The position numbers and the translations under genes were made by a program. From contig JBHGNT010000015.1 in assembly GCA_043228905.1 (NCBI GenBank), forward strand, positions 6,882,001 through 6,946,000: DNA of 64,000 bases, in the 5' to 3' direction. Shown piece after piece: positions 23,313 through 34,560 of this stretch. Position 1 is the stretch's first letter, and the number at the start of each line of letters is the position of its first letter. A model generated the notes under the pieces. That model was not told where the DNA came from and searched no databases. It saw only the letters and a list, made by a program, of their open reading frames with translations. This DNA is from Azolla caroliniana. Taxonomy: Eukaryota; Plantae; Polypodiophyta.

Positions 23313-26300
23313 ATGGAAGGCGGCGGCAGCGGGCAGCCGATGATGATGGTGCTGAATGCGCAGAATTACGCCGACTGGAAGATCAAGATGGAGGATCTTC
23401 TGATTGTTCGGGACCTGTACGAACCGATTGACAGGTCGGAAATACCGAAAGGGGTACTTGAGTCGGAGTGGAAGCTCCTGAACCGGAAAGCCGTAGCGAC
23501 GATCCGACAATATGTCGATGTAAGCGTCCTACAACATGTGGCAAACGACACCAACGCATATGAGATGTGGAGGAAGCTGTCGGGCCTCTACGAGAGGAAG
23601 AATGCGTTGAACCGGACCTCCCTGATGAGAAAGATAGTGAACCTCAAGTACCGTGACGGCGAGAGTATGGTGGAACACGTAAGCACGTTCATGGGATTCG
23701 TGAACCAGCTTGCGGCGATCAAGTTCCCGTTGGAGGATGCAATGCAAGCCATCATCCTGATGTGTACATTGCCGGACAGCTGGGAGAACTTGGTGGTGAC
23801 TCTCAGCACCTCCTGCACCGAAGATAACTTGTCCCTACAAACGGTAAAGACAAGTATTTTGAACGAAGAAGCGCGTCGGAGAGATAAAGAACCGGCCTCC
23901 GACTCGAAGGCGCTGCTTACCGAATCGGAACGGGGAAGACAATGGAACCGGAGTCCGCAAAGACGGGAGAAGTCGGGGACCCGGTCGCAGTCAAGAGGAA
24001 GACCCACATGCTTCCACTGTGGGAAGCCGGGGCACTTCCGGAAGAATTGTCGGCATTACCGAAAAGACAACGGAGCCGACGACACCGATTCGAAGAAGTC
24101 ACCGGAGAGAAACGGGGCATACCGGGGAGCCACGGACCGTAGAGGTCCGGATCGGCGAGGGCAGGACCGGAAAGGAACGACGGCACTCGCGGCAAGTGAA
24201 GAAGAGATAATGCTCATTACCGAAGAGAGGGAGCTGAACCTTGCCGGTGTAGAGATGACCTGGGTGGTCGATTCCGGAGCGTCGTTCCACCTGACCCCGG
24301 AGAAGAAATACTTCTCATCCTACACAGCCGGTGAGCATGGCTGTGTCCGGATGGGAAATGAAGGCACATGCCGGATTGCCGGCATAGGAGACGTGTGGCT
24401 GATGACATCAACCGGATGCAAGATGCTGCTGAAGGATGTGCGACATGTTCCGGAGGTCCGATTGAACCTGATCTCGGCCGGGAGGCTAGATGATGAAGGC
24501 TACACGGGTAGCATCCGGAACGGTGTCATGAAGTTCAGCAAGGGGAGCCTGATAGTGGCTCGGGCCCGGAAGGTCAACACACTGTACCTGATGAACTCCC
24601 GGCTATGTCCGGAAGAGCTGAATGTGGCAGCCGACACTGCCGGTGAGCTGTGGCACAAAAGACTGTGCCACATGAGTGAGAAGGGGATGAAGAGGCTTGC
24701 AGAAGACAACCTTATCCCAGTGAAGCATGTGCACCTGGAAAAGTGCACCGATTGCCTGGCCGGTAAGCAGAACCGAACCTCCTTCCACTCAAGGCCACCG
24801 ACGAGACGTAGCGCACCATTGGAGTTGGTGCACACCGATGTGTGTCAGGTAGAAACGAAGTCACATGGCGGAGCCCAGTACTTCGTAACATTCATAGATG
24901 ATCATAGCCGAAGACTGTGGACGGCACCGATGAAGACAAAGGACCAAGTGTTGTCCGTCTTCAAAGAACTCCACGCGAGAGTGGAAAGAGAATCCGGCAA
25001 GAAGCTGAAAGCGATACGAGCGGATAACGGAGGGGAATACCGGGGGCAGTTCCAGGAGTACTGTCGCTCGAAGGGGATCCGGCTCGAGTTTACTGTGCCG
25101 AAGACGCCGGAACTGAACGGGCTGGCCGAGAGGATGAACCGGACCATAATGGAGAGGGTTCGGAGTATGCTGGCGCATGCGAAATTACCCAAGGGGTTCT
25201 GGGCTGAGGCAATGTCGACGGCGACATATGTGATAAACAGATCACCCTCAGTACCTTTGGACGGAGACACGCCGCAGAAAGTGTGGACCGGTAAGGAAGT
25301 GTCCTACCGGCATCTGAAGGTGTTCGGGTGTCTCGCATACGTGCATGTGGCAAAGGACCGGAGAGGAAAGCTAGATCCAAAGACCCGGCCATGCATATTC
25401 CTCGGTTACGGCGATGACGAGTTCGGCTACCGAGTATGGGACCCGGTCGACAAGAAGATATTCAGGAGTCGAGACATCATCTTCATGGAGGACAAGACAC
25501 TCGCCGACTGGGAGTCGGAGAAGAAGGTAAAGAGCTCCAAGTCGACCGGTGAGGATCAACTCTACGAGGAGCAGTCCCGACCGGCAAGGGACCGGTTAGC
25601 ACTCGAGGATCCGGCCGAAGACGGTGAAGAAACAGAACCGGCCGAAGAAGATGAAAACGATACCGGAACCGGCCCCGATCCCGAAATGGATTCGGATGAA
25701 GAAGAATCGGAAGAACCGGTTACCGAAGCTCCGGAACGGAGATATCCTCTAAGAGAGAGAAGGGCCCCCCGGAGATTTCCGGAACCAGAGCACGTGCTGC
25801 TAACCGACGAGGGGGAGCCGGAGAGCTTTGAAGAAGCAAAACATGACACCCAGAGCCGCAGGTGGTTGAGTGCCATGCAGGACGAGATGGATTCCCTGCA
25901 TGAGAACCACACATATGAACTTGTGGAGTTGCCGAAAGGAAAGCGGGCACTTCGAAACAAGTGGGTGTTCAAGCTGAAACCGGGAGATGCCGGAAACCCC
26001 CCGAGATACAAAGCCAGGATCGTGGTGAAGGGGTTTCAGCAGAAGAAGGGCGTCGACTTCGACGAGATATTTGCCCCGGTAGTGAAGATGACCTCCATCC
26101 GGACGGTGCTGAGCATAGCGGCAAGCATGGACCTCGAGGTAGAACAGATGGACGTGAAGACGACATTCCTCCACGGTGACCTCGAAGAAGAGATCTACAT
26201 GCAGCAACCGGAAGGATTCGAGAAGAAAGGGAAGGAGCACCTGGTATGCCGGTTGAAGAAGAGCCTTTACGGACTGAAGCAGGCTCCCCGGCAATGGTAC

Positions 26301-27386
26301 CGGAAGTTCGACTCCTTCATGACCGACGAAGGGTACCACAAAACGCAGTCCGATCACTGCGTGTTTGTGAAGAAGTTCGAAGGAGGAGACTTTCTAATAC
26401 TCCTCCTATACGTGGACGACATGTTGATCGTCGGACGGGACCAGGTCAAGATACGGATGCTGAAGAAGGCTCTTCACCGAACCTTCTCAATGAAGGACCT
26501 GGGTCCGGCGAGGCAAATACTAGGGATGCACATCATCCGGGACCGGAAGAAGAAGCAGTTGTGGCTGTCACAGGAGAAGTACGTGACAAAGGTGCTTCAC
26601 CGGTTCAACATGTCGGAAGCAAGACCGGTCGGGTCAACCCTCCCGGCAAACTGCAAGTTGTCCAGCAAGCAGAGCCCCAAGACAAAGGCTGAGAAGGAGG
26701 ACATGATGAAAGTACCATATGCCTCTGCCGTCGGAAGCTTGATGTACGCAATGGTGTGTACAAGACCGGACATAGGATACGCAGTCGGAGTGGTGAGCCG
26801 GTACATGAGCAATCCCGGCAAAGACCACTGGAACGCGGTCAAGTGGATACTCCGATACCTGAAGGGCACGGCAAACGTGTGCCTCCGATTCGGCTCCGGT
26901 AAGCCCGAACTCGACGGCTTTACCGATTCGGATATGTCGGCTGATGAAGATACCAGCCGGTCCACATCAGGGTATGTGATGACGTATGCAGGGGGAGCTG
27001 TTTCGTGGCAGTCGAGGCTGCAGAAGACGGTTGCGTTGTCAACCACGGAGGCGGAGTACATGGCGGCTGTTGAAGCCGGCAAGGAAATAATATGGATGAA
27101 GGACTTCATTAGAGAGCTCGGTATCCGACAAGAGGAGTACCGACTCTACTGCGACAGTCAGAGTGCCATCCACCTTGCGAAGAACGCGGCCTATCACTCC
27201 CGGACGAAGCACATCCAGCGAAGATATCACTGGATCCGGGAAAGGATAGAAGACCAGGAGTTCATGCTGACGAAGATCCACACGGAAGAGAACGGGTCAG
27301 ATATGCTGACCAAAGTGCTCACACCCGACAAGCTGGAAGCGTGCCGGAAGAGGGTCGGATTGGAGAGACATCCCATGCCGAAGTGA
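23313..27386 (+). CDS. Copia gag-pol polyprotein, 1,357 aa (gag, CCHC knuckle, protease, GAG-pre-integrase, integrase, RT, RNaseH)
   Basis: First ATG after the PBS (MEGGGSGQ...). CFHCGKPGHFRKNC, WVVDSGASFH, LWHKRLCHMS, VHTDVC...DNGGEY...NGLAER, SLYGLKQAPRQW, LLYVDDML, ALSTTEAEY, CDSQSAI...TKHIQRRYH, SDMLTK. Confidence 0.97.
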   Translation: MEGGGSGQPMMMVLNAQNYADWKIKMEDLLIVRDLYEPIDRSEIPKGVLESEWKLLNRKAVATIRQYVDVSVLQHVANDTNAYEMWRKLSGLYERKNALNRTSLMRKIVNLKYRDGESMVEHVSTFMGFVNQLAAIKFPLEDAMQAIILMCTLPDSWENLVVTLSTSCTEDNLSLQTVKTSILNEEARRRDKEPASDSKALLTESERGRQWNRSPQRREKSGTRSQSRGRPTCFHCGKPGHFRKNCRHYRKDNGADDTDSKKSPERNGAYRGATDRRGPDRRGQDRKGTTALAASEEEIMLITEERELNLAGVEMTWVVDSGASFHLTPEKKYFSSYTAGEHGCVRMGNEGTCRIAGIGDVWLMTSTGCKMLLKDVRHVPEVRLNLISAGRLDDEGYTGSIRNGVMKFSKGSLIVARARKVNTLYLMNSRLCPEELNVAADTAGELWHKRLCHMSEKGMKRLAEDNLIPVKHVHLEKCTDCLAGKQNRTSFHSRPPTRRSAPLELVHTDVCQVETKSHGGAQYFVTFIDDHSRRLWTAPMKTKDQVLSVFKELHARVERESGKKLKAIRADNGGEYRGQFQEYCRSKGIRLEFTVPKTPELNGLAERMNRTIMERVRSMLAHAKLPKGFWAEAMSTATYVINRSPSVPLDGDTPQKVWTGKEVSYRHLKVFGCLAYVHVAKDRRGKLDPKTRPCIFLGYGDDEFGYRVWDPVDKKIFRSRDIIFMEDKTLADWESEKKVKSSKSTGEDQLYEEQSRPARDRLALEDPAEDGEETEPAEEDENDTGTGPDPEMDSDEEESEEPVTEAPERRYPLRERRAPRRFPEPEHVLLTDEGEPESFEEAKHDTQSRRWLSAMQDEMDSLHENHTYELVELPKGKRALRNKWVFKLKPGDAGNPPRYKARIVVKGFQQKKGVDFDEIFAPVVKMTSIRTVLSIAASMDLEVEQMDVKTTFLHGDLEEEIYMQQPEGFEKKGKEHLVCRLKKSLYGLKQAPRQWYRKFDSFMTDEGYHKTQSDHCVFVKKFEGGDFLILLLYVDDMLIVGRDQVKIRMLKKALHRTFSMKDLGPARQILGMHIIRDRKKKQLWLSQEKYVTKVLHRFNMSEARPVGSTLPANCKLSSKQSPKTKAEKEDMMKVPYASAVGSLMYAMVCTRPDIGYAVGVVSRYMSNPGKDHWNAVKWILRYLKGTANVCLRFGSGKPELDGFTDSDMSADEDTSRSTSGYVMTYAGGAVSWQSRLQKTVALSTTEAEYMAAVEAGKEIIWMKDFIRELGIRQEEYRLYCDSQSAIHLAKNAAYHSRTKHIQRRYHWIRERIEDQEFMLTKIHTEENGSDMLTKVLTPDKLEACRKRVGLERHPMPK

Positions 27387-27394
27387 AGGGGGAG
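27381..27394 (+). promoter_or_regulatory. Polypurine tract of Copia F
   Basis: AAGTGAAGGGGGAG, overlapping the stop codon, 2 bp before the 3' LTR. Confidence 0.9.
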
Positions 27395-27396
27395 TT

Positions 27397-28010
27397 TGTT
27401 GGGATTTCGGTCCCTCCGGATGGGATGTCCGGAGATGAATGACGGCAAGCCCGGTTGCGGTTACGGTGCCGGATGATGAAGACCCCGGCTACGGAGCCGG
27501 ATGATGAAGACCCCGGCTACGGAGCCGGATGACGAATGTACCCGGAGGGAGATCCGGATGCGGGGACATATTTGTGAATATGTTTGCCAAGAGCCCTTGA
27601 GGCTATATTTGTAAATAGCCCGAAAGTCATATGTGTATAAATATGACTTAGGGCAAACAGTTTACGTTGTTGCTCATTTTTCTGTTTTCCACTAAGAGGG
27701 AGCGAAGTGAGAGCAGCCGAGAGAGAGTGAGAGAGAAAGAGGAAGGAAGAGGTCGACGCCTCTGTGTAATACCGCCGCCTGTGGCGAGGACAGCGAGCTC
27801 AAGGTCGTCGCCTTGCAGCTCGCCATTGTACATTCCCGCGTATAGTGATAGTTGGAGTCTTGCACTCCCGTGGTTTTTCCCATTTAGGGTTTTTCCACGT
27901 AAAACATCCAGTGTACCCTTCTCTCTATTGTTTTTCGTGCATTGTTGTATTTCCCGTTTTCTGTGAATCGATCCTGTTCCTCGGTTGTGGACGAGCGCAG
28001 AATTGCGACA
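27397..28010 (+). repeat. 3' LTR of Copia F
   Basis: Same length and, by eye, same sequence as the 5' LTR; the ORF-track translations inside both LTRs are identical. Confidence 0.97.
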
Positions 28011-28269
28011 GGTTAGAGGTGCGGGCCAATCCGGATGGCTATCTGTACAAGGGAGAAACCACCTTCGTTTTTCGACCTACAATGGATGCTTATGGTTGAA
28101 GAAAACCATGCAAGTGTGTCAAGGAGCACACAATCTTATAGTCGGATGCCATACACGGAGGTGGATAGGCTCCGTGGTCGTGGAGAACGTGGAGGATCAG
28201 CACGCGATGGTGGCGGCCGACAAGAGCAGAACACCAGGCATAATCGACATGCCGATAAAAGTTCTATGG

Positions 28270-30700
28270 TTTAGCTGGTTTGAGGCCGTAAAGCAACTTG
28301 TTTAGCTGGCATACTGCCGACTTGTTCAACTCTGATTGAAAACCGAGGGGTTGGACCATAAATACTCGTTCTTCAAGGTCGCCTTGAAGGAATGTGTTCT
28401 TAATATCCATCTAGTGGAGATGACACCCCCTTGCCACTGTTACCACCAACACCATACAGACTGTTGTCATCTTTGCTACCGGTGCGAAGGTCTCGTTGTA
28501 ATCGATATTGCGGGTTTGCGCGTATCCCTTGGCCACCAATCGGGCCTTATATCAGTTGACCAAACCGTCAGGGTTGTACTTTACCTTGTACACCCATTTG
28601 CACCCGATCGTCTCACAGTGTCAAGAAGGGTCAACCAAGTCCCATGTCATTTTGGCATTAAGTGCCCACATTTCTTCCTCCATGGACAATCACCATTTGG
28701 CATCTTGTGATGCCTTCGCATAACTCTCCAGCTCGTAGACATCTGCCACTTTTGTCATATAGGCATAGTGATATGCCATGTATTCATTATAACCATACCG
28801 GGTCACCAAGTTCTTGTGGTGAGTCGATCGACATAACTTCTCATTAGCCGATTTCAGGGCCCTCTTGGTTGCATCAGTCCTGAACTCTTGAGGCTCCTTC
28901 TCACTCAGGTTGGTGTCAGATCCTCCTTCATGTGATGCTGCTTTAATCGAGATGTACTCCGACATCTTCATCTTCCCCTTCTCTTTGTACATACACTGTT
29001 TCCTTGGTTCCTTGTGCGGGGAGTACCTGACCGAGTCTTCATTCAACTGGTCATTCCGGCTCAGCTCTTCATTTGGGCCACTCAGCCAAAGTGAAATTAG
29101 ACTCTCTTTTAGAGTGACAATTTCTTCTTCTTCTTCTTCTTCCTCCCAGATCATATCGGCTTCACTGGCCTCATCCTCAGCAATCGGTATGGAGTCGTCA
29201 AGAGTTGGATATGGAAGAGAATACCAGGACACTGACTCGTTGGATATGACATCTCGGCTCACTCGTACATGTTTGATCTGGGGGTTGAAGCACTTGAACC
29301 CCTTCTGTTCATGAGAGTACCCGACCAAGATACACTTCTCTACTTTAGTGTGCAAATTCTTCCGCTTCTCATCTGGCACATGCACATATGCAATGTTGCC
29401 AAATACCCCAGGTGCTTCAAATTCGGCTTGCGCCCGAAATACAACTCATGTGTTGACACATTTTCTCTGATCCTATTTTGGATGAACACAACCATCCGAA
29501 TTGTGTCGGCCCAATAGAATTTGGGAACACTCTTCTCTTCTAGCATTGTCCTTGCCACTTCCATGATCGATCAAGTCATCCTTTCGGCTACGTTGTTCTG
29601 CAGCTGAATTCACGCCGAATTCCCATCTATTGCAGATAACAATTGAACTGGCTGGAAAAGTATTGCTTTCTACCATATGACCATAGACACTTGATCTTTC
29701 TCTCCATTTCCCTTTCTAACAAGCTCTGTAGGTTTTGGAAAAAGGTTAAAATGTTATTGTTCTTCTCTATGAGGTAGATCCACGTGGATCGGCTATAGTC
29801 GTCGATGAAGGAGACAAAGTGTCGACTCCCGCCTAGGCTCACATTGTGTGCCCGTCCCCATACATACGAATGTATTAATTCAAGCTTATTGCAACTCCGA
29901 TTTCACTCGTTGGGGAAAGGAAGTCGGTGTTACTTCCCTAGTTGACAAGATTCACAAGCTTGGGCTTTTCGGCCACTAAATTTCGGCAAGCCGAGCACAA
30001 CTTGCTTTTCTTGCAACTCCTAAAGCCGTTGGAAGTTGAAGTGGACAATCCGCTTATGCCAGAGGTTGATATCCGATTCGACTTTTTGTCCTTTCGCGAG
30101 CATTGCAGTGTTGGCGTCGTTTGTGTCAGGGATAAACATCCTCACTTCTCGTCGCCCTTGTGCGATGATCTTCCCTTCTTCCTCGATGAAACAGCCAAGA
30201 TGGGTGAACCAGACCTGCATCCCTTGGTTAACGATCTGTCCGACCGACACCAAATGCTTGGTGATTGTCAAGACGTGAAAGACATTCATCAATTTCCCCT
30301 TCTGTCTAACATGGCTCAGGGGGACATCACTGACATGCTCAATAGGATGTGATGTGATGTGTTGTCACCGGTTTCGATGTCCGCCAGCTGTTCCGACATC
30401 TCCAAATGTGAGAACCACTCTTCATGGCTCATCATGTGATTCGACGCTTTGGAATCGACATACAAACCTCATTCGGTTTTGCTTTATTACGAAGGTTAGG
30501 CCCGTTCCGGCTTGCCCTGATCCTTCCGCGTAGTGCAACTACTGCCAATTTTTTGTTCAGCTCTACTCGATCCGGATTTATTTGAATCGGCCTTCTTTTT
30601 CCAGCACTTGCTTTCTCTATTGCCTATCCAGCCACAATACCAGGATTCCGTTGCAACCTTTGCTTGCTAGTTTCCGGCGTCACCTTGAGTCCCCCTACTC
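28270..30700 (-). other. Inverted internal segment of Copia E (gag knuckle, protease, integrase, RT N-terminal half)
   Basis: These domains read on the minus strand, while gag to the left and RT/RNaseH to the right read on the plus strand. The motif YGLKxAPRAW is split between the two breakpoints. Confidence 0.85.
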
Positions 30701-31035
30701 GTGGAACTCCAAAATCACAAAACGGTTGCATATGATGGGGTTCGAGGTCTCCAAATCTGACTCTTCCTTGTTCATCCAGAAAGGTTTGGGAGGTCCGGTG
30801 TGCATATTGTTGTACGTGGACGACTTGGTCGTCACCGACCCTAACCTTGCTGAAATCGGCCAAGTAAAGTCCCAGTTGTCAGACGCATTTGAGATGAAGG
30901 ATTTGGGTGAACTTCACTACTTTCTCAGGCTCGAAGTGATCCACACCCCCAACGGCATATTGCTAATTCAACGACATAATGTCTTGAATATATTGTACAA
31001 GTTTGAGATGATGGATTGCTGATCCGCCTCCATTC

Positions 31036-31541
31036 TATTGGGAAATTGGTCCCTCCGGATGGGATCCGGTGATGAATGAAGAGGACCCGGTGAGAACCGG
31101 AAGAGAAGACATATCTGTAAATATGTTTTGAGTAAGCCTATTGAGGCTATATTTGTAAATAGCCCTAAGTTCATATAAGTATAAACATGACTTAGGGCAA
31201 TCACTTTGATGTGTGGTTGTTGTCATATTGTTGTAACTGTTGTACAGAGAGCGACAAAGAGAGAGAGTGTGTGAGATACAGAGTGATACTCTGTTGTAAC
31301 CGCCGGTTGGCGAAGATACAGAGCTCGAGGTCATTGCCTTTGAGGCTCTGATTGTACCTTTCTCCTATAGTGATAGTTGGAGTCCGTGGGCTCCCGTGGT
31401 TTTTCCCACTTAGGGTTTTCCACGTAAACATCCTGTGTATTTCCTTGTGTACTCTCCATTTCCCATTTCTGTGTTTCATTCTCATCGAAGTGATTCAAGA
31501 CTCGGTTGTGGCCGAGCAATATTCCACACGTTTTCTCTTCA
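31036..31541 (+). repeat. Solo LTR G (506 bp) related to the Copia F LTR
   Basis: CATTC TSD at 31031-31035 and 31542-31546. Shares blocks with the F LTR (GGTCCCTCCGGATGGGA, GAGGCTATATTTGTAAATAGCCC, CTCCCGTGGTTTTTCCCA). Removal restores SIPLDTNLKL in the RT of E. Confidence 0.92.
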
Positions 31542-33897
31542 CATTCCTCTCGACACAAACTTGAAGCTTCGTCCTGACTTAGTAGCAGCTTGCGATGCGA
31601 AACAGTTCGGACAAATTGTTAGAAGCCTACTTTATCTAACCATCACCCGACCCGATCTTAGCTATCAGGTCAACGTCATAAGTCAATTCATGCAGAGACC
31701 GACAGTTGAGCACCTTCAGTGCGCACATCGAATATTCTGATATGTGAGCATCACGAAGGATCGAGGGCTATTGTACCTTCACAACATAATCGAACAGCTA
31801 GTCGGCTATATTGATGGGGACTTGGCCGGAGACGCTACGGATCGATGGTCGACATTAGGGTTCATGTTTTCTCTCGGGAGCGCAGTTGTCGCCGGGAGCA
31901 GCAAGAAGCATCCACTGTGGCCCTGATGAGCACCAAGGATGTGAACCAAGGAGTCACTATCACTACACGCGAGGCAATATGTGTCAAGCGGTTGTCACAG
32001 GACTTACAGGTCAAAGTTCCCCCTCCAATCCCGATCCACTGCAACAACATCAATAGCATGCAAATGGCCAAGAACCTCATATTCCATGCTCGCACGAAGC
32101 ACATAGAAGTGCAATATCTCTTTGTGCACAAGTGGGTCCTAAGTGGTGATGTCGAACTCCGGTATGTTCAAACCAATCGGCAGGTTGTCGACATTTTCAC
32201 CAAGGCCCTTGGGACGAACAAGTTGCATCACTTCTCGGAGATGCTTGATATCCAACACCTCAACATGCCGCACTTGAGGGGGAGAGCAGTTGGGAAGAAC
32301 AATGGTTATGATGATGAACACTCCGAAAGGAGAGCCAAAGAAGAAGCCAAATCGATTAAGGAAGTCGAAACATCTGGTAGAGTTGGAGCAAGGGGCAAAG
32401 GTGGCAAAGTCAAGAGGGACAGAGCCAACCGGAAGAAAAAAGTCAGGACCACGACATGGTCGGATGTGGTCAAGGGCCTGAAGAAGGAGAACGAATCGGA
32501 GAGAGCCTATTCGGTCAAATGGATTGATTCGGAAGAACTGAATCATATAAAGGCTAAGCAAACGAGATGGTAGCCAAAGCCGACACCGAAACAAAGGACT
32601 AGACAGGTCGAGGGGCGCCAATACCGTAACAGTGAGCAAGTTGAGAAAAACTTGAAGATCAGACAAGCCGATTGAGGAGGTCGAAGAGCGGGGGACCGGA
32701 TGGGTTGAGGAGCGCGTGCCAAGAGACAAGCTGGTAGGAGGAGTCGAGGCGAGGAACTGGTAGAGCAAGTGAAACCTCAAGTTGAGCTTGAGGGGGAGTG
32801 TTGAGAAGCAAGCTCAACATGAACCAGATCGGCTGAGTAAGCCAAGAGCCGAATCGGTGAGCCAGATCAAAGGGGAGCTGGCAATCCATTAGAGGCCTAC
32901 GCTCCTAGTTTAGTAGGTAGTTATAGCCTTTAGGGGCCTATATTCCTATGCTAGTAAATAGGAATATTATGGTCCGAGTTAGTGTTAGGCTCATTCATGA
33001 GCTTTAAAGTACTAATAGTACTTGTGTCAACCCACTATCAGGGCTTGTATAAAAGTGGTCTCTGAGCACACTTGTATACACATAGAGCGTATCCTTTTTT
33101 GAATCTAAGTTTTTTAGTCTTCTGCTCTCTTTGTCTTTCCCATGTTCTGTTTTGCTCCATTGTTTCTCTGTGTTTTCTCTATTGCTATCCAGTTGTGTTC
33201 TATTTAACTTCCACACATAAATGTTTTCACTATCCAAACTCTTTTGATAACAATTCACCATCTCACCATACGGGCTCCTTGATCGATATCTATAAATACC
33301 TTGACCAATTGGAGGCACACTGTGGGCCTGGATATGGATGCCCTCATAGTTGAAGAAGAACTAGATACTGAAAATGAATTAATTGTCACCATTAGAGAAG
33401 CGTTGTCTGGTATCGATGGCCCTAAATGGAGAGCAGCCATGGAAGAAGAGATGACAGCCTTATTGACGAACAAAACTTGGAGACTTGTCAATCCACCACC
33501 TAATCGAGAAATTGTTAGCAGATTGATGCTAATAAAAAAATTATATGCTTCAAAGCTCATCTCGTAGCTCGTGGTTTTTTCTAGATACCCAAAATCGACA
33601 TCGAAGACGCATTCAGTCCTAGATTGTGAAGTATCACATTTCGCATATTCGTCTCTCTCGCCGTTGAACTCGAATTTGAACTCAATCACTTATATGGTCA
33701 AACTGCTTTCCTTCATGGGGAACTCAAAGAAGAGATCTATATGCAACAACCGCCACATTTCAAACATTCAACTCAACCAAATGTTGTATGTCGCCTACAT
33801 CGATCATTATATAGTCTAAGACAATCTCCATGAGTTTGGTACCATCGACTTCATAATTTTGTAACTAACATTGGTTATAACTTATTAAAGAATGAAC

Positions 33898-34560
33898 CAT
33901 AGATTGACACATGCACGATATCCGTGATATTCTCCATGCGCAATATTCTCAATATTCGAGAATACAAAATGGCCCCAAGAATATTAAAAAACCATTCGTT
34001 TTGCAAAATAAATATAAAAAAATTATTTATTTTTTATTTAAATATATTTCACCAAAAAAAGAACAATTATTCATTAATAGATTATAGTGTCAAGAGAGTT
34101 TATGAAACTTATTTTAATTAATCAATTAATTAATTAATTTTTAAAAAACAAATATTTTTATATTTATTATTCAAATGTGATTAGTATGAACTTTGAAGAT
34201 ATGATTAGTTTGAAGTATTATTTTTAATGTCAAGATAAAAATATCCATAAATTTTGAGGGAATAAAAAGTGAGAAATTAATGAGCCTTTATTTTATTTTA
34301 TTTTATTTATTTATTAAAAATAAAACAAATACTTAGAAGTTATACATTTATTATAAAAATTTAGTAGTGTCAAGTTCCCACGTCCCTCTTTTATTATCCC
34401 TATTTATTGTCAAGTTCTTTTTTTTTATCCTAGGAAATTAAAATAGAGAGAGTTCTTTCTTTTTGGGGGGGGATTAAACAAATACTTGACCACCCATTCG
34501 TATTCGTATTTGTTTGCATTCGAATGGGAAACTCGACAAATGCGAATATGTCAATCTATG
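33898..34560. mobile_element. hAT-superfamily MITE (663 bp)
   Basis: Perfect 12-bp TIR CATAGATTGACA / TGTCAATCTATG. Perfect 8-bp TSD GAATGAAC (33890-33897 and 34561-34568). AT-rich interior with TATTCG/CGAATA subterminal motifs. Removal restores KNEPNVYIKR in the RT of D. Confidence 0.95.

Larger units (their letters stand above)
22670..28010 (+). mobile_element. Intact Ty1/Copia LTR retrotransposon F (Tnt1-like), very recent insertion in the gag of E
   Basis: Two 614-bp TG...CA LTRs with no difference found by eye. Perfect GGTTA TSD (22665-22669 and 28011-28015). PBS, PPT and a single uninterrupted ORF. Confidence 0.98.
21681..33229 (+). mobile_element. Ty1/Copia LTR retrotransposon E, degenerate; hosts Copia F, a solo LTR and an internal inversion
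   Basis: LTRs 21681-22101 and 32799-33229. PBS TGGTATCAAAGC 22102-22113 (tRNAi-Met type). PPT GAGGGGGAG 32790-32798. Near-perfect TSD CTATT (21676-21680) / CTATC (33230-33234). Gag, protease, integrase, RT (LLYVDDL) and RNaseH remnants. Confidence 0.9.

Noticed and set aside
23292-27448. Many antisense and alternative-frame ORFs over the Copia polyprotein
   Set aside because: Shadow ORFs expected in GC-rich coding sequence; no recognisable motifs.
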